The notes below the pieces were generated by a model that saw only the letters and a program-made list of their open reading frames with translations, was not told the DNA's origin and did no database searches. From an uncultured cyanobacterium (lineage in GTDB: Bacteria; Cyanobacteriota; Cyanobacteriia; PCC-9006; JAAUQQ01), in assembly GCA_963718615.1 (NCBI GenBank), contig OY970368.1:2976001-3040000 (forward strand): a stretch of DNA of 64,000 bases, given 5' to 3'. Made by a program: the position numbers and the translations under genes. Shown piece by piece: positions 1 through 8,138 of the stretch. How positions within the stretch are numbered: position 1 is the first letter of the stretch; each line of letters starts with the position of its first letter.

Positions 1-807
1 CTGGGCGATCCAGAATTCGTCGATGTCCCCCTCGCTGGACTGCTCAGTTCGACCTACATCCGTCAGCGCCGCACCGATCTCCCCAAAACACCCCCGGCAA
101 ACGGAGCGAATTATCGGGCTGTATCAGGTAATCCGTTGCCCTATCAACAGGATCCGAGCCCTAGCTTAACGCTGTCGTCGACCTTGGCTCAACGCCCTGA
201 CACCGAAGGTCTATCCACCACCCATCTAACGGTGATCGATGGCAACGGCATGGCCGTCTCCTACACGATGACCATCGAATCAACCGGCGGTTCAGGCATT
301 GTCGTTCCCGGTTATGGCTTTCTCCTCAACAACGAACTCACCGACTTCGACCCCATCATCCCCCACCCCAATACCCCCGAACCCGGCAAACGCCCCCGTA
401 GCAGCATGGCCCCAACCATCGCCATCGCCCCCGACGGCACAGTTCTTGCCTTTGGTTCCCCTGGAGGCTCGACGATTATTACGACGGTGTTGGGGATGGC
501 GGTGAATCTGATGGACTTTGGCATGGGGTTGGAGGAGGCGATCGCCGCACCCCGAATTTCCCAACGCAACAGTGGCATAACCTTCGTAGAGGCAGGCTTT
601 GAACAAACTGATCTGGGGAAAAAACTAATGGCCAGGGGCCATCAGCTCCAATCCACTGCCGAAATTGGCGCGGCAACTGGAATTGTCCTGCGGCCTGATG
701 GGCGGCTAACAGCGGTAGCGGAGCCGGTACGACGGGGAGGCGGTAGTGCAAAGGTTATACAAACAATGGCTACCCAATCGTCCTTCCAACCGTCCTTGAA
801 CCGCTGA
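1..807 (+). CDS. ggt: gamma-glutamyltransferase, C-terminal part (5' end outside window)
   Basis: Frame is open from base 1 (LGDPEFVDVP...). It has the autocleavage motif STTHLTVID, plus GFLLNNELTDF, PGKRPRSSMAP and GSPGGSTI. Confidence 0.93.
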   Translation: MGDPEFVDVPLAGLLSSTYIRQRRTDLPKTPPANGANYRAVSGNPLPYQQDPSPSLTLSSTLAQRPDTEGLSTTHLTVIDGNGMAVSYTMTIESTGGSGIVVPGYGFLLNNELTDFDPIIPHPNTPEPGKRPRSSMAPTIAIAPDGTVLAFGSPGGSTIITTVLGMAVNLMDFGMGLEEAIAAPRISQRNSGITFVEAGFEQTDLGKKLMARGHQLQSTAEIGAATGIVLRPDGRLTAVAEPVRRGGGSAKVIQTMATQSSFQPSLNR

Positions 808-836
808 ACCCACCGAAGCCCTTTTCGACATCAGGC

Positions 837-3692
837 TTACCAGAACCGCAAGGCAAACTTGCTCAACCGCTCCTGGGCTTCATCAAACAGCGAATAGACC
901 ACCGGCACGACGATCAGGCTCAACAGGGTTGAAGTCGCAAGACCACCGATCGCCGCCACGGCTAAAGGCTGACGCAGCTCCGCTCCGGCTCCGAGGCCAA
1001 AGGCAATCGGCATCATCCCTAAAATAGTCGAGAGCGCCGTCATCAAAATCGGGCGTAAGCGGATAGGACCCGCCTGTAAAATCGCCTCCAGCTTCGAGAC
1101 CCCTTGATCCCGCAATTGATTGATGTAATCCACAATCAGAATCGCGCTTTTATCGACCAGGCCCATCAGCAAAATAATGCCAATTACCGCAATCATGCCA
1201 AAGTCGCTTTGGGTCACCACGAGGCCCAGCATAGCCCCGACGATGGCCAAGGGCAACGACAGCAAGACCACAAAGGGATCGAGCAACCGCCGGAACAGCG
1301 CCACCAACACCAGCAACATACAGCCGATCGACATAGCCAGCGTCAGGCCAAAGCTGCTCAAAACCTGATTGCTGCGGGCCGAATCTCCCCCCAAATTGAG
1401 TGTTACCCCAGCGGGTAGAAGACCTTGGGCTTCGGCGATCACCACATTCGTGGCATCGCCCAGGGCTTGGCCTTGGCTCAGATTAGCTGTGACGTAGACC
1501 GTACGTTGGCCGTCCTGGCGCTGAATTTCCTGAACATTCGCCACAGACTGGCCTTCGCTCGTCACCGTGACATCAACGAACCCTTTGGCGCGGACGCGAT
1601 CGCCAATCTTCTCCCCAGTCTCCAGCAACGCTTTCAGATCATTGCCTTGCAGCGCCACCTGCAAAGGTTTTTCACCGCCCGTATCAACAAACTGAATGTC
1701 TTCGACGCTGACCGTTGTATTATCCAACGTCGGTAAAGCCTGTCGTACCTGGTCTTGAATCTTAGCCGTATGGGCCGTGCGGTCCTCTTTGAGTTGTACA
1801 AACAGCCGCCCCTGATTGACCGCGCCCCGCTCTCCTAAGACTGCAAACACCGACTCCACATTGGGATTTTCACGGATCTTCGCTTCTAGCTCAGCGGCAA
1901 TAGTTTTGGATTCTGCTAGGGAGAATTGGGTGACCTCTGCGGGCGTCGGCTGGGGCTGCTGTCCCGACTGGGCCGCCGCTAGCGAGGCTGCACTAGGCAA
2001 CCGCAGGGTTTGACCCGGCTGCAATGGGCTGCGGGGATCAATCTGGTTGATCTGAGCAATTTGTCCGGCGGCAACGGGGGAGCCTAATCGTTGGATGGCG
2101 ATCGCCTCGAATGTATCTCCGGGCTGAACCCTGTAGGGCTCAAAGAGTTTTGCCTGAAACTGTTCCGACAGACTGGATTCGAGTCGCTGACTGGCGATCG
2201 CATAGGTCACATTAAACGTACCGCGATCGAGCTTGGGAATAAACCCCTTAGGAATCAGCGGCACCAGCGCAATCCCTGCCACCAAGCTCAGCACCGCCAG
2301 CGACACCACCAGCCAGCGATGGCCCAAGGACCAGTTCAACAACTGCCGATAGCGTTTCATCACCCCATTCCAGAAGCCAGTGCCCTGCTGCTCTCGGATT
2401 TGGGCACGTTGGACCGCTTCTGGATCGGCGCGGCGCAGCCAGAGCGACGCCAACACAGGGGACAATGTGCGCGAGACCAGTAGTGAAATCAGCACCGCCG
2501 CCGACACCGTAATCCCGAAGGGCTTGAAAAACTGGCCTATGGTTCCCCCCATTAAACCAATGGGCAAGAACACCGCCACAATGGTTAGCGTTGCCGCCGC
2601 AACCGTCAGGCCAATTTCGCTCGTGGCTTTGTGGGCCGCCCGTTTAGGAGACTCGCCGTTTTCGATGTGGCGCGTAATATTTTCTACATCAACAATGGCG
2701 TCGTCAATGATAATGCCAATCACCAGGGCCAGGGCCAGGAGCGTGATGGTTTCTAGGTTAAACCCGGCGATCGCCATGACAATAAACGTTCCCAGCAGGG
2801 AAATGGGAATGGCCAAGGCCGCAATAATCGTGGCTCGCCAGCTCCAGAGGAATGGAAAAATAATCAGGACCGCCAGTCCCATGGCCAGAAACAGATCCTC
2901 TAGGGTTGAGCGGGTAGCTTCCTTAATAAATTTGGCTTGGGTCGCCGCCTGACGAATCGTCAGGTCCGGTAGAGCCTTACGCAATTGGGCCACGGCCCGG
3001 TCCGATTGGGCCACCACTTCTAGGGTATTGGCCTCGCTGGTTTTGATCACCTCCAGGGCCAAGGCATCCTGGTCATTGAACCGCACCCTTGTATCCCCAT
3101 CGCCCCGGAGTTCAACTCGCAGGACCCCCGGAAGCTCTTCAAGCTTGGGAAGGAGGCGATCGCGCACCGTCGGCAACAACGACTCCGCTGATTTGCCCTC
3201 GCCATAGACCGCATAGCTGACCGCCGCCGACTCGTTCAAGTTGAAGGGCAGGACCTTAAATCTGGAGCCCTCGGGTAGCTTAACCCCAGACAGCGCTGCT
3301 TCCACCGCTGCTTCTGACTTTTTCAGATTTGAGCCCACTTCAAACGAGAGGGTCAGCGCGGCGCGACCTTTATAGCTCGATGTCTTGAGGCCATCCAAGC
3401 CATCCAGTTGTTCTAGGCGATTTTCTAGCGGAATGGCCAGCCGTTGTTCTGTGTCTAGGACCGTTTCCAGGGGAGCCTGGGCATCGACCACGACCACGGG
3501 GAAGGTAATATCTGGGAACAGCGCATACTTGAGAGAGCTAAAGGCCAGCAGGCCCGCCACCGAAACAGCGATCCAAAACCCGATGGTCAGCCAGGGGTAG
3601 GAAAGGGCTAACCGAGATAGGTTTAGGTGTTGCCGGAGGTCAGCATTATTCCGGTATGGCGGCACCATCGAAAATTTTTTCGCTAAAGACAT
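837..3692 (-). CDS. AcrB/AcrD/AcrF-family RND permease with shortened periplasmic domains and a LysM insertion
   Basis: RND motifs FPDITFP, IIIDDAIVDVENI, RLRPILMT and LLSLIVVPVVY; LysM-like segment at 1995-2135. Confidence 0.88.
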   Translation of the reverse strand: MSLAKKFSMVPPYRNNADLRQHLNLSRLALSYPWLTIGFWIAVSVAGLLAFSSLKYALFPDITFPVVVVDAQAPLETVLDTEQRLAIPLENRLEQLDGLDGLKTSSYKGRAALTLSFEVGSNLKKSEAAVEAALSGVKLPEGSRFKVLPFNLNESAAVSYAVYGEGKSAESLLPTVRDRLLPKLEELPGVLRVELRGDGDTRVRFNDQDALALEVIKTSEANTLEVVAQSDRAVAQLRKALPDLTIRQAATQAKFIKEATRSTLEDLFLAMGLAVLIIFPFLWSWRATIIAALAIPISLLGTFIVMAIAGFNLETITLLALALVIGIIIDDAIVDVENITRHIENGESPKRAAHKATSEIGLTVAAATLTIVAVFLPIGLMGGTIGQFFKPFGITVSAAVLISLLVSRTLSPVLASLWLRRADPEAVQRAQIREQQGTGFWNGVMKRYRQLLNWSLGHRWLVVSLAVLSLVAGIALVPLIPKGFIPKLDRGTFNVTYAIASQRLESSLSEQFQAKLFEPYRVQPGDTFEAIAIQRLGSPVAAGQIAQINQIDPRSPLQPGQTLRLPSAASLAAAQSGQQPQPTPAEVTQFSLAESKTIAAELEAKIRENPNVESVFAVLGERGAVNQGRLFVQLKEDRTAHTAKIQDQVRQALPTLDNTTVSVEDIQFVDTGGEKPLQVALQGNDLKALLETGEKIGDRVRAKGFVDVTVTSEGQSVANVQEIQRQDGQRTVYVTANLSQGQALGDATNVVIAEAQGLLPAGVTLNLGGDSARSNQVLSSFGLTLAMSIGCMLLVLVALFRRLLDPFVVLLSLPLAIVGAMLGLVVTQSDFGMIAVIGIILLMGLVDKSAILIVDYINQLRDQGVSKLEAILQAGPIRLRPILMTALSTILGMMPIAFGLGAGAELRQPLAVAAIGGLATSTLLSLIVVPVVYSLFDEAQERLSKFALRFW

Positions 3693-4224
3693 TGCGAGTC
3701 TCTCTCGATCCTAAAGGAAGATGGGCGTACAAGAAGATGGGCAGGCCAAGTTGCTTCCCAATCAGCTCTATATGGGATTCCTATGACTGTTCACGAAGCG
3801 AAAGGTGCCCTACCTCAAGTCCACAGGAGGAACCTGAGATATTACTGAACTTCGTCTGAAAAAGTGCCATTATGCAGGTTTCAGGTTCTCAGCTTCGGAA
3901 TCTAGAGCCTCAACTTCGTTGAACAATAAGCCTTCATGCAGGGGACCACAGACCGCAGCCACGAGAGCCAAAATTTTTGTGGATGCGCGGGAGGGAGAGG
4001 TTAGGGGGGCAAAAAATTGGCAAAAGCGGGAGGAATCGCGGGGGGCAGATTGGGCGATCGCTCCTCTTAATTTATGATTCCCCAAAAATCTAACTGTCCA
4101 TGACTTCCTAAATTCTCTATTCAAAAACTTTTTACTCCTATGATTTTATCGATAAGGATTAACAAAAAGAACAAATCAGCACAGCCCAGAATCAAGACAA
4201 AACGTTTGATAGACCGTTGAGAGA

Positions 4225-5001
4225 ATGTTGGAAAGAGACGCAATCACAATGCCAAGGGCGTTTGACGGAATTTTGGTGCCCCAGGGCGCAGAGGAACAGG
4301 CAGTCCGGCGAGGGATGCGGCGAGCCCAAGCTAACATCGAGATTTTGCCGCTGGCTATGGGGTCAGAGGCCACGCGCAGACGTTTGAAGGCAGCCCTTCG
4401 ACAGGGATGGCTGGGCGATCGCCAACGACTTTTGGTTTTGGGGGTGGCGGGGAGTCTGACGGCTCAGCTCAGGGTCGGGGATGGGGTGGTGTATCAAAGT
4501 GTTGTGGGGCCTGATGGGGAGGAGATTCCGCTGGGAGAAGCGGGGGAAATGGCGTTGGGCGTTTCCCGGCTCATGGCCCAGGTGCCCCAGCTTCAACCGG
4601 TGAAGGCGGTGAGTTGCGATCGCCTCATCCACCAAGCCCCAGCAAAACAGGCGCTCCAAGCCCAAACCGGAGCCCAGGTCGTGGATATGGAAGCAGCGGC
4701 GATCGCTCAGATCCTCGTGCCCTTGGGGATTGCGATCGCCACCGTGCGGGTGATTAGTGACGATGCCCAGGGGGATTTGCCGGATTTGAGTCAGGCGACA
4801 GGGGCCGATGGGCAGTTGCAGGGGGGAAAAATGGCGATTGCCTTTCTGCGTCAGCCGAGGGCGGCGGTGCGGTTAATCCGAGGCTCCCTGCAAGCTTTGC
4901 AACAATTAGAGGCAATTACGGCTCAGCTTTTGGCGTCTAGGCCACAGCCAGAAACAAACCCCCCACTGGGAGCAAGCGGGGGGCAACTAGGTTCACGCTA
5001 A
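4225..5001 (+). CDS. nucleoside phosphorylase/nucleosidase family protein (HpnG-like)
   Basis: Motifs LGVAGSL, VVDMEAAA and VRVISDDAQGDLPD of the PNP/UDP/MTAN fold. Start may be ATG 4249. Confidence 0.75.
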   Translation: MLERDAITMPRAFDGILVPQGAEEQAVRRGMRRAQANIEILPLAMGSEATRRRLKAALRQGWLGDRQRLLVLGVAGSLTAQLRVGDGVVYQSVVGPDGEEIPLGEAGEMALGVSRLMAQVPQLQPVKAVSCDRLIHQAPAKQALQAQTGAQVVDMEAAAIAQILVPLGIAIATVRVISDDAQGDLPDLSQATGADGQLQGGKMAIAFLRQPRAAVRLIRGSLQALQQLEAITAQLLASRPQPETNPPLGASGGQLGSR

Positions 5002-5236
5002 AAGCGTCTCGATGATGAATGCGACCTGAGTTTTATGGGTGTGTTGCGTCTAGAGAAGACATTCCCATATTTGGGCGGGGGGATCAGTGACCGCGATCGC
5101 AATTTTTGTGACAAATATCTCCAGTCACACCTTCCGATTCATAGGGGCTCCCCATAATCTACGGAACCGTCCGGTTTGAGGCTTTGGGTGGCTGCCATCA
5201 AAAATCCTCCCATCCCAATAAACAGAGCCAGCAGCG

Positions 5237-6043
5237 CTACGAGGACTGCGGTTCTTGCCCGTTGGCTGGAGACTTTCCCAAGACCTGAATCTCCCGCAGG
5301 GCTTCCTGGAGTTCGGCGGTGGTGCGCTGCTGGGCTTGGCCCAGATTGGCGGAGTGAATCATATATTCCAGTTTTTTGTCCTGGAGTTGCTTGGCTTTGA
5401 GCCTCAGGGCTTGGGCCGCTTCTTGGGTTTCCTGAAGCTGGTGGCGCTGCTGGCGAATATCGGCGTCCATCCCCGCGACGAGGGCTTCGATCGCATTCAT
5501 GGCTTGGGATACGACGGCACCGGGATCGTTGTAGCTGGCGATCGCCTCTTCCCCCCGAAACTTGGCCAAATCATAGGCATGGGGCATCGAAGGAGTTTCC
5601 AGGGTGCGGCGGTGATTACCCGTAGAAATTTCAATTTCACCTCGCCAAGGATTTTGCACGGTGGCGGGTGCAGACGGCACGGAGGGTTGGGGAACCGGCT
5701 GGATGGGCCGGGGACCGGGTACGGGAAAGGGTTGCAGAGTAGGCTGTGGGGGAGCCGATTGTGAAGGAGCCGATTGTAAAGGAGCCGATTGTGGGGGAGT
5801 CGATTGAGCCTCTTCTTCTAACGGTCCCTCTAGATAGTCCAAAATCTGCTCCTGGTCTTCAGGCAACAACAGCACCGGCTTTCCCCGACCCTGGGATTGA
5901 CTCTGGATCGAGAGCTGGCGCATGGCCTGCCGAACCTCGGCCTCCGGGTGGTCGTAATAGTGGGCAAAGTCTCGAATGGTGAGCGGCTGCGTGGGAAAAG
6001 CAGGCGCAGTCCCATCGGGTGAACCTGAAATGAAATCCTGCAT
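5237..6043 (-). CDS. hypothetical protein: helical N-terminal domain, Pro/Gln linker, C-terminal coiled coil
   Basis: Long ORF (track start 6064 is TTG; ATG 6043 preferred) with QSAP repeats and a Q/E/L heptad-like C-terminus. Confidence 0.65.
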   Translation of the reverse strand: MQDFISGSPDGTAPAFPTQPLTIRDFAHYYDHPEAEVRQAMRQLSIQSQSQGRGKPVLLLPEDQEQILDYLEGPLEEEAQSTPPQSAPLQSAPSQSAPPQPTLQPFPVPGPRPIQPVPQPSVPSAPATVQNPWRGEIEISTGNHRRTLETPSMPHAYDLAKFRGEEAIASYNDPGAVVSQAMNAIEALVAGMDADIRQQRHQLQETQEAAQALRLKAKQLQDKKLEYMIHSANLGQAQQRTTAELQEALREIQVLGKSPANGQEPQSS

Positions 6044-6137
6044 GGCGACAAACTCTAACTTCAATACACTTGTACCATAAAAACAAAGATCAATACAAAT
6101 GTATTGAATAATCGACCGGAGAACTGCTTGAAGAATT

Positions 6138-6177
6138 GGTTAGGAAATCGGTTAGGAAATCGGTTAGGCCATCGGTT
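6138..6177. repeat. 12-bp tandem repeat GGTTAGGAAATC, about 3 copies
   Basis: Read directly in the intergenic sequence. Confidence 0.8.
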
Positions 6178-6347
6178 CGAGGATGCCGCGAAGCATCTTG
6201 CACGATTTCGCAGTTTCGCAATTTCGCAGCCAATTTTGCCGTCAAATCGGCACGGCAGCGGTAGGATTGAACTTTCTTAGCGCAAGCTTGGCGCAAATTA
6301 ATTTGGCACCAAGTAACATCATCTACCGCAATTATTGGGAGTGAGGC

Positions 6348-7271
6348 ATGATGGGGGCTCTCCAGGGGAAAGACTTTTTAACATTGGCCGATATCACCGC
6401 AGCGCAGCTCCGGGAGTTGCTCGGCTTAGCGGCGGATCTGAAAACCGGAAAACTTAAACCCCAGGCCAATCGAACCCTGGGCCTCATTTTTTCCAAGGCT
6501 TCTACCCGAACCCGCGTTAGTTTTTCCGCCGCGATGTACCAGATTGGGGGGCAGGTGTTGGACCTCAACCCGCTGGTCACCCAGGTAGGACGGGGCGAGC
6601 CGATCGCCGATACGGCCAGGGTTCTGAGTCGCTATCTCGATGTTTTGGCCATCCGCACGTTTGAGCAAACGGATCTTGAAACCTATGCTCAATACGCCGA
6701 TATCCCGGTCATTAATGCCCTGACGGATCTCTATCATCCCTGCCAGATTTTGGCGGATCTGCAAACCATCCGAGAAAACTTTCAAGATTTGCAAGGGCTA
6801 ACCCTGTGCTATTGCGGCGATGGCAATAACATGGCCCATTCACTAATGCTGGGCTGCGCGCTGAGTGGCATGAACGTTCGCATTGCTTCCCCAGAGGACT
6901 ATAGCCCGCTGCCTGAAATTGTCGCAAAAGCCCAGGACCTCAGCGGTGGCACCAGCGAGGTGCTCGTCACGACCGACCCGGAGCTTGCGGCGAAGGGTGC
7001 CCATGTGGTCTATACGGATGTTTGGGCCAGTATGGGTCAAGAGGATGAAGCGGATTCTCGCCTACCGGTGTTTCAGCCCTATCAGGTGAATGAAGCATTA
7101 TTGGCGTTGGCAGATCCTGAGGCGATCGTCCTCCATTGCCTCCCTGCCCACCGAGGGGAAGAAATTACCGAAGCGGTGATGGAAGGACCGCGATCGCGCC
7201 TTTGGGATCAAGCCGAAAACCGGCTCCATGCGCAAAAAGCCCTGCTCGTAAGCCTATTGGGCCTAGTTTAG
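6348..7271 (+). CDS. argF: ornithine carbamoyltransferase
   Basis: Motifs STRTR, HPCQ, DVWASMG, HCLP and QAENR. Confidence 0.97.
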   Translation: MMGALQGKDFLTLADITAAQLRELLGLAADLKTGKLKPQANRTLGLIFSKASTRTRVSFSAAMYQIGGQVLDLNPLVTQVGRGEPIADTARVLSRYLDVLAIRTFEQTDLETYAQYADIPVINALTDLYHPCQILADLQTIRENFQDLQGLTLCYCGDGNNMAHSLMLGCALSGMNVRIASPEDYSPLPEIVAKAQDLSGGTSEVLVTTDPELAAKGAHVVYTDVWASMGQEDEADSRLPVFQPYQVNEALLALADPEAIVLHCLPAHRGEEITEAVMEGPRSRLWDQAENRLHAQKALLVSLLGLV

Positions 7272-7326
7272 GATGGCCGCCAGTTTGACCCAAAAGCTTG
7301 ACCCAAACAGAGTACAGTCAAAACAT

Positions 7327-7373
7327 AGTACAGGAGTATGGACATTTGTCAGCGTATGCGATACAAATGTTCT
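7327..7373 (+). promoter_or_regulatory. two putative cyanobacterial LexA boxes upstream of lexA
   Basis: AGTACAGGAGTATG (7327-7340) and GATACAAATGTTCT (7360-7373) are each one mismatch from RGTAC-N3-DGTWCB, and lie upstream of lexA. Confidence 0.6.
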
Positions 7374-7500
7374 GGAGTCTCCGTGAATCAGGCCTGAATC
7401 ATTCTCACCCAGACTTTTGGGCATCCCCTTGGGGTCGCTCAGGTTCTGTTGTGTATTTTTGTGCCCATTCACTGTCCGACATATTTGTCTGACCCCGATC

Positions 7501-8109
7501 ATGGAAAAGCTTACCGAGGCCCAGCAAGAGCTGTTTGATTGGCTCCTGCTCTATATCCGCGAAAATCAGCATCCGCCTTCGATTCGGCAAATGATGCGAG
7601 CGATGGATTTGCGATCGCCCGCCCCTGTCCAAAGCCGCCTCAAGCATTTGCAGAAAAAGGGCTATATCGACTGGAATGAGGGCCGTGCCCGCACGATTCG
7701 GGTGTTGACGGAGAAGGGAATTCCCCTGGAGGGGGCGATCGCTGCCGGTAGTCTGATCGATGTCTTTCCCGACAGCGTGGAGCGCTTGGATTTATCGGAT
7801 GTCTTCCAAAATCCGGACTGCTACGCTCTGCGGGTGCGCGGCGACAGCATGATCGAAGCCCACATTGATAGCGGCGATATTGTCATCATGCAGAAGGTCA
7901 AGGATCCGTCGCGGGTCAAGGATGGCACCATCGTAGCCGCTCGGGTAGAGAGCCAAACAACGCTTAAATATCTTCACTATCAGGGTAAGAAAGCGATTCT
8001 CAAACCGGCCAACAGTAATTACGACCCCATTGAAGTATCTACCGAAAATTTAGAGATTCAGGGGGTGCTGGTGGGCGTTTGGCGGGGGTATGGCGTCACA
8101 GACCTCTAA
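7501..8109 (+). CDS. lexA: LexA repressor
   Basis: MEKLTEAQQEL...PPSIRQM wHTH, Ala-Gly cleavage site (IAAG), catalytic Ser (GDSM) and Lys (TLK). True start is ATG 7501. Confidence 0.95.
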   Translation: MEKLTEAQQELFDWLLLYIRENQHPPSIRQMMRAMDLRSPAPVQSRLKHLQKKGYIDWNEGRARTIRVLTEKGIPLEGAIAAGSLIDVFPDSVERLDLSDVFQNPDCYALRVRGDSMIEAHIDSGDIVIMQKVKDPSRVKDGTIVAARVESQTTLKYLHYQGKKAILKPANSNYDPIEVSTENLEIQGVLVGVWRGYGVTDL

Positions 8110-8138
8110 TAACCGACAGATCTCTAATCATCCGCTAT

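Noticed and set aside
6313-6326. GTA-N8-TAC NtcA-like site before argF
   Set aside because: No -10 box at activator spacing in either direction, and a 6-bp pattern is expected many times by chance. A repressor role cannot be excluded.
7417-7500. Extended LexA start
   Set aside because: LexA homology begins at MEKLT (7501).
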